Origin: Vicugna vicugna
Lineage: Eukaryota
Length of the DNA stretch: 64,000 bases
NCBI GenBank assembly: GCA_013265495.1
Contig: MU062844.1
Location: 923,548-987,547 of the forward strand
Direction: 5' to 3'
The translations under genes and the position numbers were made by a program. Positions 12,203 to 24,120 of the stretch are shown one piece after another (position 1 is the stretch's first letter; each line of letters starts with the position of its first letter). Below the pieces are notes generated by a model. That model did no database searches. It was not told where the DNA came from and saw only the letters and a program-made list of their open reading frames with translations.

Positions 12203-12300
12203 CGCAGCCTCTCTCCACATACTTCTCAGCAGTGGCCGCCCCTGGTCATCTCCAGGGATGATGGCTGCGGCCGCGACTCTCAGCGCTCACCCGGCCCCAT
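12203..12300 (-). other. GRIN2A: Non-coding first exon (5' boundary/TSS approximate)
   Basis: Donor GCG|GTGAGT at 12202..12197. The exon text ...CTGCTGAGAAGTATGTGGAGAGAGGCTGCG resembles the recalled GRIN2A mRNA leader. Confidence 0.75.
12226..12249 (-). promoter_or_regulatory. uORF MTRGGHC* in exon 1
   Basis: ATG ACC AGG GGC GGC CAC TGC TGA read directly. Confidence 0.6.
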
Positions 12301-12466
12301 GCCCCGGCTAAGCCCTCGGCGCCTCCCTCCGAGAGCCTGAGCTCGGCTTCCTGCCCCACTCCGGACAGCAGCTGCCCGATCCTCTGAGAGCGCCCAGGAG
12401 TCCTCTCCGCAGCCCAGGCTCCGAGCTGGTGTGTGTGTGAGGGCGAGTGTGTGATTGAATGTGGGA

Positions 12467-12483
12467 GCGCGCGCGCGCGTGTG
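12467..12483. repeat. (GC)6-GTGTG alternating purine/pyrimidine tract
   Basis: gcgcgcgcgcgcgtgtg, preceded by (GT)n-like runs from ~12429. Confidence 0.9.
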
Positions 12484-12968
12484 GCCGGGGATCCCCGCGG
12501 TCCCCGGCCGAGAGAGGCGCGGGCGGGGGAAGGCAGCTCCCTCTAGCCCTTAGCTGCGGGGCCAGCTCCGCGCCTGGCGTTCAGCTCCCCACTTTCCGGC
12601 GGGAGTCCTGAGAGCTCCTGGCCACCCTGATTCGCAGCTCTGGCCAAATCGGGCTCCCCAGGCGTGCTTCTGCTGCGGTCGCCTCGGAGGAAGAGGAGGA
12701 GGAAGCCAGGGGCGCCCCCACTGCAACTTGGGGACTTGTTCTCAGTCGGCGAGACGCAGCAGCCCCCGCGAAAACCGTAAAGGCTTGGAGCTCCGGCGAG
12801 CGAAAGAAGTCTCCCGTCCGCAGCCACCCTCCCCAGCGGCGGGCTAAGGCAGACCCCGCAGTCCCTCGGCGGCGGCGCAGAGCGCGGCCACCGGCTCCCG
12901 GAGCGCACGGCGGCGATAAGGCCAGGATAGGTGGCTGGCTAGAGGCAGGGGCGCCTGCGGCGGCGCTC

Positions 12969-12989
12969 GCCGCTGTCCGTCGTGCTGAA
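12969..12989 (-). promoter_or_regulatory. RE1/NRSE (REST-binding) element
   Basis: TTCAGCACGACGGACAGCGGC, 19/21 identical to the consensus TTCAGCACCACGGACAGCGCC with canonical spacing. Confidence 0.88.
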
Positions 12990-13112
12990 ACCACGCTCTC
13001 CGCCCGCTCCCGCTCCTGGGCGTCTGGTGCGGCTGAGGAATCAATTATTCAGATCTCAGCTACCGCTTCCTCCTCCCCCAGTGCCTCGCGCTGGGTACAG
13101 CAATCCCCGCTC

Positions 13113-13149
13113 CACGCACAGGCGCGCAGACACACATATACACACACAC
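13113..13149. repeat. Interrupted (CA)n tract
   Basis: cacgcacaggcgcgcagacacacatatacacacacac. Confidence 0.8.
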
Positions 13150-14114
13150 CCCACAGAATCTGCTCCAATGCTTCTCCCTGTGCCTCGCCACCCCCGAACA
13201 GGAACCCACTCCTCTGATCTCAGGGAGCCAGAATCCTAAAACTAAAACCATCTCTACATCCTCCACTTGCTTCTTTTTTGTTTTCTAAGTTATATCATAT
13301 AAAAGTCGTCCTGAGGCTGCCACTTTTAAGCTACCAGCAGGGGCAAGCCTGAGAGCATGGGACTGCTTGGGTGTATAGGACTTGACTGGCTTAAATTCTG
13401 GTAACTGGACATGAAAAGCATGGTCAAGTAAGGACCTTTGCCCCTTTTACACTCAAGTGTGTCTCTCCTTTCAACACGCCTCTCTGCTTTTCTCCCCTCA
13501 GGCCCTGGAAAGAAAGGGATCTTAAATTGTAAGGGGTTTTGCAATCACTGTTCTAACCCTGAATCTTCCACTTAATCAGCCTGATGTCACCTTCAGGCCC
13601 ACTATTTATCTTCCCTTATCAATTACTAATCTGGAAAATGGGGAGGACAGTAAAAGAGATCAACTTCTCAGGGCTACTTTGAAAAGAAAATGAGATAGCC
13701 TTGGTAAAGGAGCCACCATGGTCCAGCACATAGTAGGTGCTCAGTAAACTACAGAGTGGCCTGAGATGGAAGGGACTCCTTCCAGGAATGCAGGTGTGGC
13801 TACTGAAATGGAGATAGGAAAGAAGCACTGTTCCTGGAACCTATGTGTTTATTATTAAGCTGGTTATTGTATGTTGAGTTCTCTAGAGTTTCATCATCCA
13901 AAAGACAGAGAAAGGATGGGAGAAATTTTGGAGGGTAAATGAGAATGGGGAGTTGTGTGATATAAGGCAGAGAGAGGTTGGCGAACTGTTCCACTGCTTG
14001 AGGCTGTCACTGGGCTGAGCTGGGTTAGGCCCATCCCTTGGGTGGAGATGATTCTTTCTTGGGCTTTGGCACAGGGATAGGACCCTAATGTGGGGACTTA
14101 CAGGGAAGTTGAAC

Positions 14115-14550
14115 TTTTTCTGTTTAAATGAGGTAAAAATTATATACAATAAAATGCAGATCTCTTATGGGTCCAGTTCACATTTTAAGCTGTATGTATC
14201 TGTGTAGACTGTCACGTAAAACAAGGTACAGAATATCTGCATCACCCCTAGGAAGTGCCCTTGTGTCCTTTTGTTGTTAATTCCACTTTCCCTCAGTAGA
14301 AACCACAATTATGATCTCTTACACAGGTACTAGCTTTGCCTATTTTTGAACTTCATGTAAATGGAATTCTACCTTGTACATTTTTAGTGACTGAAACTTT
14401 TGTCACTTAGCCTAATGTTTGAGTGTTAAGCATCCATGTTGCTGTGTATAACAACAGCATTTTCCTTTTTATTGCTGAGTAGTTTTCCATTGTGTGAATA
14501 TACCACACTTTGTGTATCCAGTCTCCTATCGATGGACATATAGGTTGTTA
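14115..14550 (-). mobile_element. Old L1 3' region (L1MB-like)
   Basis: gaacttcatgtaaatggaat, catccatgttgctgtgtataacaacagc, tttattgctgagtagttttccattgtgtgaatataccac. Confidence 0.8.
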
Positions 14551-14551
14551 T

Positions 14552-14675
14552 CTGTGGAGCTTTCTAAAATATTGATGCCTGCAAACACATCAGAGTCTTC
14601 AGGGGTGGAGCCAAGCATGTTTGTTTTAATTTTATAAATGATTCAGATGGTGCTTTGGTTAATAATAACCACTGC
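14552..14675. mobile_element. MER5-type hAT MITE fragment
   Basis: ggagctttctaaaatattgatgcctg...ggggtggagccaagcat...aataaccactg. Confidence 0.55.
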
Positions 14676-14799
14676 ACTTTCCATTCTTATTTATCAATGC
14701 TGACCCTGAAATAGTCTTTGATGAAAACTATTGGTATGGAGAGTTTGAAGTTATTCGTGACCAGACTTCCTGAAAGGTAGATTAAATAGATGTGACCTC

Positions 14800-15103
14800 A
14801 AATACAAAACAGAAACAGACTCATAGACATAGAATACAAACTTGTGGTTGCCAAGGGGGCAGGGGGTGGGAAGGGACAGACTGAGATTTCAAAATGTAGA
14901 AAAGATAAACAAGATTATACTGTATAGCATAGGGAAATAAATACAAAATCTTGTGGTAGCTCACAGAGAAAAAATGTGACAATGAATATATATATGTTCG
15001 TGTATAACTGAAAAATTGTGCTCTACACTGGAATTTGACACAACATTGTAAAATGACTATAACTCAATAAAAAAAATGTTTAAAATAAGTAAATAAATAA
15101 AAG
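14800..15103 (+). mobile_element. 5'-truncated lineage-specific L1 3'UTR with A-rich tail
   Basis: acagaaacagactcatagacatagaatacaaacttgtggttgccaaggggg...gactataactcaataaaaaa; TSD tgtgacctc at 14791-14799 and 15104-15112. Confidence 0.92.
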
Positions 15104-16131
15104 TGTGACCTCTTTTGAATAGAGAAAGATAGCCCTTCATTTGAAGGAATAGTCTGTCTCTAGGAAAGTCATAGGCAGCAGGAGTTGCCCCAGGCTGGAC
15201 ACCTCCCCAGTGTGGAGAGCCACCCAGGGTTGGGCACCTAGAACTCCACCACACTGTGGATGGAGACTAACATTGTGTATGTCTCCCTGACAACTTTACC
15301 CTACGCTGTGCTGAAGTGCTAAACCCACCACACAGCTTGGGACAGAGTAGGATTTTGCTACTTGAAACTTTCAAATGGAAAACCTTCACAGCAGCTATGC
15401 TGACAAAAATACCCCTAGTCAACACTGCTCTGCAGTCAATTCTGCCAGTTGTTTTTATCACATGATTTACATCATTAAAGTAACTGAAATAACCTAGTCT
15501 GGTCTTAAGGAAAAAAATCATTTCAGTTGTTCTTAACCTGATTGATTTATCTTCAAATGCTCAACTAGAGAAATGACCCCCAGGGTTGCCATTTGCTTTG
15601 AGCCACTTAAATGCTGTGGTTAAAAATCAACCACCATATCATATCTAAGGGAGAGAACTAAAATAAGCCAGTCATTGATTATGCATCTCTTTATACCTCT
15701 ATTCTCAAAGGAAATCGGTAAAGAATTTTGGCATTTTAAAGCTGAAAGACCTTTAAGGACTATGGTGTATGGTGTATTCCCTGTTTTCAAGTAAGTCTGG
15801 GGAACTGAGTAACTTTAAGGTGAATTCTTATTACAAATCTAAAATGTCTTGTAGTTAAAAAAATGTTTTTATCAGTCTAGCAATATTCCAAAAGAAAGTA
15901 GTCATGGAAAACTATTCCACGTAATAGCTGCTACCATCCTAAGGAACTACTGTTTCTTTGCATGCTTTTTGAGAATTAGTGCCCTGTCCCAACACCTTTA
16001 TTTTGCATATGGGGAAAGTGAGACTCAAGTGGAACTAATCAATGTTGGTACTAGGGGAGACAAAATGCTGAAGGCAAAATTTGGAGCAGGATCCAGAATT
16101 TTTGCTTTAATTGTCTGCTGTGTAAAATAAG

Positions 16132-16151
16132 GTGTGTGTGTGTGTGTGTGT
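16132..16151. repeat. (GT)10 microsatellite
   Basis: Read directly. Confidence 0.97.
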
Positions 16152-16904
16152 TTGCATTCTACAAGGTTATTGGGATTCTAAAGCAGTATAATAGAATTCT
16201 GAGAGAGAAGGATAGAGCAAAAAAGGAATTTAGGGTGGTGGAGTAACCGAAACTCCAGACCAGCCACCAACTTTTGGCATCATTTTGTCACTGGTGACCT
16301 ACCTTCTTCACTGCTCCAAATTCCAGCCTGTGGCTTAACACATGAGCTAACCATGGTCCTAGCCTTCTTTACCTGGTCTTTTCTGTAGTAGCAGATGTCC
16401 TGTGCCAAGGCAGACATCACTAATCAATTCTTGAAATATTTCTCTCAATTTTTAGTTAGATTTTCACAAGCTTGCTCAGTTCCAGCTGCTCTGGGTAGCC
16501 CCATCCATAATATCTTAACTAAAAGGCTAAAAGTCCCTCTCTGCTCCTATTACCCATTAAGGTATCAATAGTTTACCAATAGTTCTAATCAAAGGACAAG
16601 GCTTGTTCTAAACAAATCCACTGCTAGTTTTGAGAACTAAAATGAAGACAGCAGCAAAGGATTCCATTTCTTGTTGGTCTTCACCCAAGTGTCCTTCCTT
16701 ATATCAGAGAGGTGCCTGGGGGACACCAAGGTTTGCCACTGAGAAAAGGACAGTGAGTTGGGAGTCAGGGTCTACCATTTTGGTACCTCCAATCTCCCAT
16801 TTTGGGAAAAGTCATTAGCCTCTCCAGGCTTCAGTTTCTTCATCAGTAAAATGGGAGTAAGATCATCCTACCACCTCCAGCACTGCAGTGAAGTCTGTGA
16901 CAGG

Positions 16905-17706
16905 ACATGTCTTACTGTGGATCCCTTCAAGAGCAGTGAAGTTTCTGCATCAGTCCATTGTGAGGGCAGAGCTCCCACACCACCAAGCAACTTTCCTCCA
17001 ACACCAGCTGGGTGTCCTGCAACGCAACTCAGTTCTGGCACTCTCTATCTGGAGACAGCATTAGACTCCACGGGTTAGGGGCTCAGTCCCACAAGACTGC
17101 CCTCTGCTTCAGATGCCAATGGCAAGTCCAATGGTCATCTGTGCTTCAGACCAACTGGCTCTGTAAATCAGAGGTTCTCACAACCGCCTCATGGAGATTG
17201 GTTAATTTACTAAAGTGACAGAAAACTCAGGAAACCAGTTTATTCACCACATTACCAGTTAATTGCAAGGAATGTTAAAGGATACAAATCAACAGCCAGA
17301 AGGAGAGACACAAAGGGCAAGGTATGGGGAAAGCGTGCGGTGCCTCCGGGCCCTCTCCAGGTACACTCCTCTCCCCACATCTCCAAGAGTTCACCAACCT
17401 AGTAGCTATCCCTCTGGGTTTTATGGAAGCTTCATTACACAAGCATGCGTGATTAAATCATTGGCCTTTGGTGATTGGATTCAATCTCCAGGCCCTCTCC
17501 CCTCCCCTGACATCCAACTCTCTAATCATGTGGTTGGCACCACTGGCAGGCAACCAGACTCATCCTTAAATGCTTTCCAAAAGTCACCTCATTAACATAA
17601 CAAAAGACACCTTTGTGATCTCATCACTTAGGCCATTCCAAGGGTTTTAGGAGCTCTGTGCCAGAACTAAGACCAAATATATGTTATTGTAAATCACAAT
17701 ATCCCA
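16905..17706 (-). mobile_element. MER21-family solo LTR
   Basis: Ends aagggttttaggagctctgtgccagaac..cacaatatccca (reverse complement of the MER21 start); contains cagctgggtgtcc and ggttaggggctcagtcccacaagactgccc. Confidence 0.8.
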
Positions 17707-19719
17707 AGCAAACCCTGAGATAGATAGGAACTAAGAATCCTGACTTATCTGAGAGGTGCTTCAGAGAGTGCAAGAGGAAGTGGGAAGGGAGGGAGCCAAC
17801 CAAAGGTGTGCTAATGGGAGAGTGGTAACTGGGCGCAACTAAGACCCCATCCAGGTAAAGACTGACTAAGAGACTGCAGAATACACCCCAACATTACCTT
17901 CACTTGGTGGCAAGGAATCAGGGGGTTTATCAACCCCCATATCCTTCCCTGGCTGAAGGTCACTCCTGGGGCATTAACTCCCCACCCTCCCAGCCCTCCT
18001 TGTGCACAGAGAAACACAGGAAGCCATCAGGATGAATTTTCCTCATGTGACCTTGTAGACAGGGCAGGCCAAGGAGATGTGAGTGGGGCACTGACCACGA
18101 TGTCTAACAGACCAGAAAAGCACGGGTCCACTGAAGGCACCAACGCACGTGGGGCTGACGGGAGGGGGCAGAGGGACAGAGGTGCCCCGGCCTCTGCTGT
18201 GAAACCAACCTGAGTCTTTCACTATTCGGACCTCAGACAGGAGGAAGCCTTTTGTCAGCCAGTCACCCAGCCTGCTAGGAAACATGGTTCCATCATTGCT
18301 TGGAAATCTAACCAACCAAATCAGCACCTTCTCCTTCTAAGAGGAAGAGAAAGGACGAGTCCCCGAGGTGGCCACACTGACCACACTGCTCTACCCCGAG
18401 CAAGTGCCCTATCTCACACCCCCCCCCCCGATGTCGAGCAGCATCTGTGCCCAGGGGAAGACAGGCCTCTCCTTCCGGAAACTCTACCCTGAGGTGCTCA
18501 GACTCCGCTGTGTGCAGACCTGGCCTAACCTCGAGCTCTCCCACTGGGCTGTGGCTGGGTCAGAGTTGTCCCTCAGGATAGCGCTCTGAAAGCCCCACAG
18601 CCACACCATTTGAGGCCAACTTCCCAAGGCCAGGAGAACTAAAAATTTCATTCTTCGCCACACAGATAAAGGAGGGAGGCTTGGTCATCTCCGACTCTGT
18701 CTGATTCATGAGTCTGCGCTTAGGGAGAAGACTTCTCAGGGAAATGTCTGCATGCAGAGGAGAGAGGTCATATTTCCTGATGCCTGGGATCACTGAAGCA
18801 TGCCGTCATGAAGCTGCCGAGGCCCATGAAGAGCATCGCACCTCCAGCACTGCTCTTTAAAGATGAGGACACTGAAGTCTGGAGATGTGAAGAAAGGTAC
18901 TGAAGGTCACACAGTTACTAAGGGTCATATGCAGTCTCTTGTTTGTGTCTTCATGTCACCAGCCCAGCCCTCCCCCTATCCATGAATACAGACTCTGTTG
19001 AGCATAAATTCCAGTAGATTCCTTTGTGGAGAGTGGAGGGACAGTTCTTGGGTACCCCTGACATCTGCATCATAACTGGGCAGGTCCAAAGGCATTTGGG
19101 TGCTCTGGGCCCTTTGAGTTGGGAGTTGGGGTAGGGGATGCAGAGTTGCAGGAAAAATGACCCAGTTACTGAGCTCTTCCACCCAAGAAATAGCTCAGGG
19201 CCTCAACTATCCCACTGGGACCATTTAGCGGTAGTAAAATAGGGATTGTCTATCCTTCGGGCTAGACTCTGCCCAAGGACACCACTAGTGGTAGGCAGAG
19301 CCAGGGCTTGAACCATTGGTGTCTGGCTCCAGAACCTGCAGTTTTAACCAATACATTATCTGCCCAAGTCACTGGTTTGCTGGGTCTCTTTAAATGGGTC
19401 CCTTACCTTCCCTGAGGTTTGTTTTCCTCCTCTCTTTATGGTACAAGAATGTCAGATCAGCAATTGCTAGTGTTCAAATCTATCATAGCCCCTTCTGTAA
19501 GCCACCTCTTAACATCACCCTGATAGAGGGAGAAGCAAAAAGTGGCGTTTGTTCTCAGGTTAAAAGCAGTAAGAGGTTGGGAGTCAGATACTCATCCTCA
19601 GCTTCTCCTCACCCCTTCCCCAACTCCTAACACACCCACACATAGCTTCTGTCAGAATTCTGGGACCCTGATGAACACATTGTGAAAATGTGGTCCAACT
19701 CCCACAAAGTACACAAGGA

Positions 19720-19990
19720 GAAACTGAAGACTTTTAAAGAGCAGGAGACTGAACAGAAGTACTCAACAGTAAGAGATTGGGCAAAGATTAGAATCCAGAA
19801 CTCATGAGACAGCCAGGCTTTAAAACAAGGAATCTGAACCCTGGCTCTGAAGCACACCAGCTGCACGGCTCTGTGCCTCTCTATGCTTCTGCTTCATCTA
19901 TAGAATGTGGATAATAACACTACTTAAACACGGGAATGTGTAATAATGAGTAAGTTAAGCGAGACAATATATGTGAACCACTAAGCCCAG
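19720..19990. mobile_element. Two adjacent MIR fragments in opposite orientation
   Basis: gactgaacagaagtactcaacagtaagagattgggcaaag (minus), then cttcatctatagaatgtggataataac (plus). Confidence 0.55.
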
Positions 19991-20784
19991 TGCCCTGCCG
20001 TGAGAAAGTTTTGACAAACGTTCATCATTAGTGTGATTATTATCGTCAGATACAGCCTCTGGGACTAAAGAAGAGGTTCCCCAGGGAGGTTCTGTCCCCT
20101 GACATTCTGACACCTTCCTGGGCTGTGTGCTCAGGGAGGTGAGGCCCGCAGGGCGGAGGAGGCAGCCATTGGCTGCCCTGCTCTCCAGCTCAGTGCATCC
20201 CAGATGGTGCCCAGTGGGGAGCTGGCCAGTGACACGTTGGCAGAGCCTCCCTTCCTTGCACAGTTCACCGAGCCACGCAGGGCTCAGGAGCCTCAGGCTG
20301 TAGCCCACTCTGCCAAGGAGGCCGGCTGCCCAGCCCAGACGGATGGAAGCCAGGCTTGGCGAGCCCCAGGGAGCGACCTGTGCCTCCAACCTCCGGAGAG
20401 GGTGCAAGTGAGGCATTGGTGCAGCAGCCTCCCCAAACTCCTCCGCACAGCTTCTCCCTGAGAGGCAGAGGGAAGGGATTCTTCCGAAGCCAGCCTCCAC
20501 CCCACATGATCTGAGTCCACACCTAGCTTAACCCTTTTCCCAAAGTGACAGTTCTTAGAAGACAATCATGGAGCAGGTGAAAACCCCTCACCAAACACAT
20601 GAGAAGTCAGTTTCTTCATCTGAAAAAATGGAGATGATAATAATTTTGACTTCACAGAGTCATTCTGGGAATTAAATGATATACTACATACAGGGATGGA
20701 ATCGCGTATACCACGTGGAAATGTTCAATAAATGTTAGCTGCTATCCATGTCTGTATTACATCCATATATGTATCAATATGACA

Positions 20785-21035
20785 GCACAGTGGTGAAACA
20801 CACAGACTCTGAAAGCACAGGCCCAAATCATGGATGTAACCCCTCCTATCTGTGTGGCACTGGGCAAGTTGCTCAATGCCTGAAGCCTGTTTCCTCATCT
20901 ATGAAATGGGGATATTTGTACCTCCCTTCCTCTCAGGATTGCTGAGAAGAATAAGTCAGGTGGCGCACATGAGTTGCTCAGCACAGCACCTGGTGCACAC
21001 TAAGAGATCAGTAGGTAGAGGCTATTATTATTACT
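20785..21035 (+). mobile_element. Near full-length MIR
   Basis: cacagtggtgaaacacacagactctg...gggcaagttgctc...tttcctcatctatgaaatgggga...cagcacctggtgcacac...attattattac. Confidence 0.8.
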
Positions 21036-21571
21036 GATGAGCATTTGTATTGTTGCCCAAGGTCACACAGGCAGTCAGGACTGGAACAGGTGCTTTCTGA
21101 CTCCCCACACCAACACTCACTGCTGCCTCTCACCCAATTAAAATTCCTGGCTCTGCCCTCCAGAAGTCACTGTTCCTAAAAAAGAACTCCATTTTTACTG
21201 GGAATTCACAAAATAAATTGTCACCATGTCCAGCGGTCAGATCCAAATTGCATCAAGAACATTTCTCTTCATTAGGCAAAGCCGCCCAAGGATCCCGGCT
21301 ACAGGGAGAGGAGGAAAGACTGACGTTCACCAACCAGCCCCGGGCGCCAAGGGACCAGGCAGGAACCCCACTCCTGTGTCTGCCCTCCAGTCGTGTGAGT
21401 GCGAGCAAGCCATTCTGCCTGCCTGAGCCTCGGTTTCCTCATCTGCAAAACCACGGCTGTGTGAAAATTAGATTAGGTAAAGCATCTGGCACATATGGGG
21501 TCTTAAATAAATGGTGAGTATTATACTTCCCAGCTTTCTTTCTTGAGTGAAGTTATCTGTGGGGTTTGGGT

Positions 21572-21630
21572 TGTCTTGTTTTGTTTTGTTTTTGTTTTGT
21601 CTGTTTGGAATTTTGTTTCGTTTTGCTTTT
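21572..21630. repeat. (GTTTT)n-like low-complexity tract
   Basis: Read directly. Confidence 0.85.
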
Positions 21631-22119
21631 AGTGAAAGGGTGAAGGGTTTTTGTGATTTCTGCCCATAGATGCGTGTCTACTGACACCGAGGTCTGTGGC
21701 CCCTGGCAGACAACTGGCTCTCTTTCCATTTGAAGAGATGGATCAGGACAAGGAGAGTGTACCTCTGGGACCAGGAGCACCAGCATGATGCAGCCTGGGG
21801 CCCTGTCACGGCCACGGCCAGGCCCTCTCCTTCGCTTCCCATTGGAGTTGCTGCTTTAACTCTGTCACTTGTGCTTGCCCAGACTGTGAGCACAGAAACA
21901 CATATGCTCACCCATGAACACACACACCCACTGCTACCTGCCACCTCAGTCTTTTTATTCATTTTGCAAACGAAAGGTAAAATATAAGTGCATGCCAAAA
22001 AACAAATCAAGCCCTGCAGTGAGACATAACCCCCCTTCTCTCACAAGTCTCTCTCTACTGTCCCTTTCTCCCCCCACTGCCTTCCTTGCTCCCTGCCACC
22101 TAGTTTCCCTTCCCAGAGG

Positions 22120-22602
22120 CAACCACTATTGCCACCTCCCCATCAAGAGGCTGAGTTTATGAACCCGTGAAACTAGGTGGGCCCTTCTTACTCTCTTGAT
22201 CAGTAGAGCACAGTGGAGGTGTCACTAAGTGACTTCTGTGGCTAGAACATAAAAACACAATGTAATTCCATCTTGCTCTCTTGGTACTTTCACTCTTGGC
22301 ACCCAGTCTCCATGCTGTGAGGAAGACCAAGCATTCAGTGGAGAGCCTGACATAGAGAGGAACCAAGGCCCACAGCCCACAGCCCTGGCAGGATTCTCTG
22401 CCAATAAGCACACCAACCTGCCAGCCAGCTGCTTGAGCCATCCTGATAGCAGATCCTCCAGTCCCCAACTGAGCTGCCCTAGCAAAGGCAAGCCATGACT
22501 GCTGCACCCAGCCCTAGTTGCAGTTTCCTCAGCAAACTACTGCTGTTGTTTTAAGCCACTAAGATTAGGGGCAGTGTGTTACACAGCAATAGATAATGGG
22601 TA
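22120..22602 (+). mobile_element. MaLR solo LTR, MLT1F/G-like
   Basis: ccatgctgtgaggaagaccaag, gcagatcctccagtccccaactgagc, tgttttaagccactaag...tgttacacagcaatagataa. Confidence 0.8.
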
Positions 22603-22791
22603 GACCACATTTTTAACAAGTCTCCCAGGCTTTTCTGTCACAGGTGATCAGAAATTGACGCTTTGAGTAGATTGCCCTTTGTCACCTCTGTGAACTTGGA
22701 AGCCACCTTAGTGAGCCATCCCTGTCCACCACAGGGCATACTTCTGTTATAAGCACCAAAGCCACCTTAACAGGGAGATGTCAAGAATCCT

Positions 22792-23521
22792 GTACACTGC
22801 TGGTGGGAATGCAGTTTGGTGCAGCCACTATGGAAAACAGTGTGGTGATTCCTCAAAAGACTAGGAATAGACTTACCATATGACCCAGTAATCCTACTCC
22901 TGGGCATGTATCCAAACCCTACTTCAAAAAGACACCTGCACCCCAGTGTTCATAGCAGCACTNNNNNNNNNNNNNNNNNNNNNNNNNNNNNNNNNNNNNN
23001 NNNNNNNNNNNNNNNNNNNNNNNNNNNNNNNNNNNNNNNNNNNNNNNNNNNNNNNNNNNNNNNNNNNNNNNNNNNNNNNNNNNNNNNNNNNNNNNNNNNN
23101 NNNNNNNNNNNNNNNNNNNCATTCTAAGTGAAGTAAGCCAGAAAGAGAAAGAAAAATACCATATGAGATCGCTTATATGTGGAATCTAAAAAAAAAAAGA
23201 AAAGAACATAAATACAAAACAGAAACAGACTCATAGACATAGAATAAAAACTTGTGATTGCCAAGGGGGCAGGGGGTGCAAGGGACAGACTGGGATTTCA
23301 AAATTTGTAGATACTGGCTGGCATATGCAGAATAGACAAATAAGATTATACTGTATAGCACATGGAAATATATACAAGATCTTGTGGTAGCTCACAGCAA
23401 AAAAAATGTGACAATGAATATATGTATGTTCATGTATAACTGAAAAATTGTGCTCTACACTGGAATTTGACACAACATTGTAAAATGACTATAACTCAAT
23501 AAAAAAATGTTATTAAAAAAA
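22792..23521 (+). mobile_element. 5'-truncated lineage-specific L1 (ORF2 C-terminus and 3'UTR) containing a 157-N gap (22963-23119)
   Basis: [22 protein letters not shown] zinc-knuckle region, ILSEVSQKEKEKY end of ORF2, same 3'UTR as 14800; TSD aagaatcct at 22783-22791 and 23522-23530. Confidence 0.93.
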
Positions 23522-23874
23522 AAGAATCCTTTTCTCTACCATGGAGTTGATGAGCAAAATCTAGGCCTTTTTTTGCACACACATATGTTTGTACCAACAT
23601 TTCCCAAGATGCCTAAAGCTCTCCCCACTTCTGGGTAAGCAAAGCCAATTTTCCATCCATATTTACAAAAGTATTTTTTACCTAAGCAAGAAGCAGACTT
23701 GCAAATTCTTGGGTAAATAGCACAAGCCCAGGAACTCCCAGGCCAGTGGCCACAGGATACAGGAAATGACAGATCTCTTGGGACTGCTCAAGCTGAATTA
23801 TAGACTCATTAAGGGACTGTCTCAAAGGAGTGTGTGGCCACTGCCCCTCTCAATAGAGCAGGAAGTCAAAGACA

Positions 23875-24120
23875 GGGTAGGGCACCATGATTAAGCACAG
23901 GGGCTTGAGGACTTAAGTTTGTGACTCTGTGACTGTGACTGACTACCTGTGTGTCTTTGGGCAAGTTGTTCAACCTTTCTGAACTCCAGGGTTCCACTAT
24001 GCAGAATGGAGAGGAACTGAAAAAAATAACGTCTTCATTGGGTCATTATTAAGGTAACGCATGAGAATCACTCAGCATAGGGAGGAACTTAGTATACACT
24101 CAGTAAATAGTAAGAGTTAC
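23875..24120 (+). mobile_element. MIR
   Basis: gattaagcacagggg...ctttgggcaagttgttcaacctttctgaa...cagtaaatagt. Confidence 0.65.

Noticed and set aside
10897-12994. Many overlapping 100-270-aa ORFs in the CpG island
   Set aside because: Stop-poor GC-rich DNA; some span the N-gap; no recognisable domains.
18368-18589. ORF with a poly-proline run, possible pseudogene
   Set aside because: The run comes from a C homopolymer; I recognise no parent gene, poly(A) tail or TSD.
19281-19292. 12-bp palindrome ACCACTAGTGGT
   Set aside because: About 15 palindromes of this length are expected by chance in 64 kb, and it lies within a MIR.
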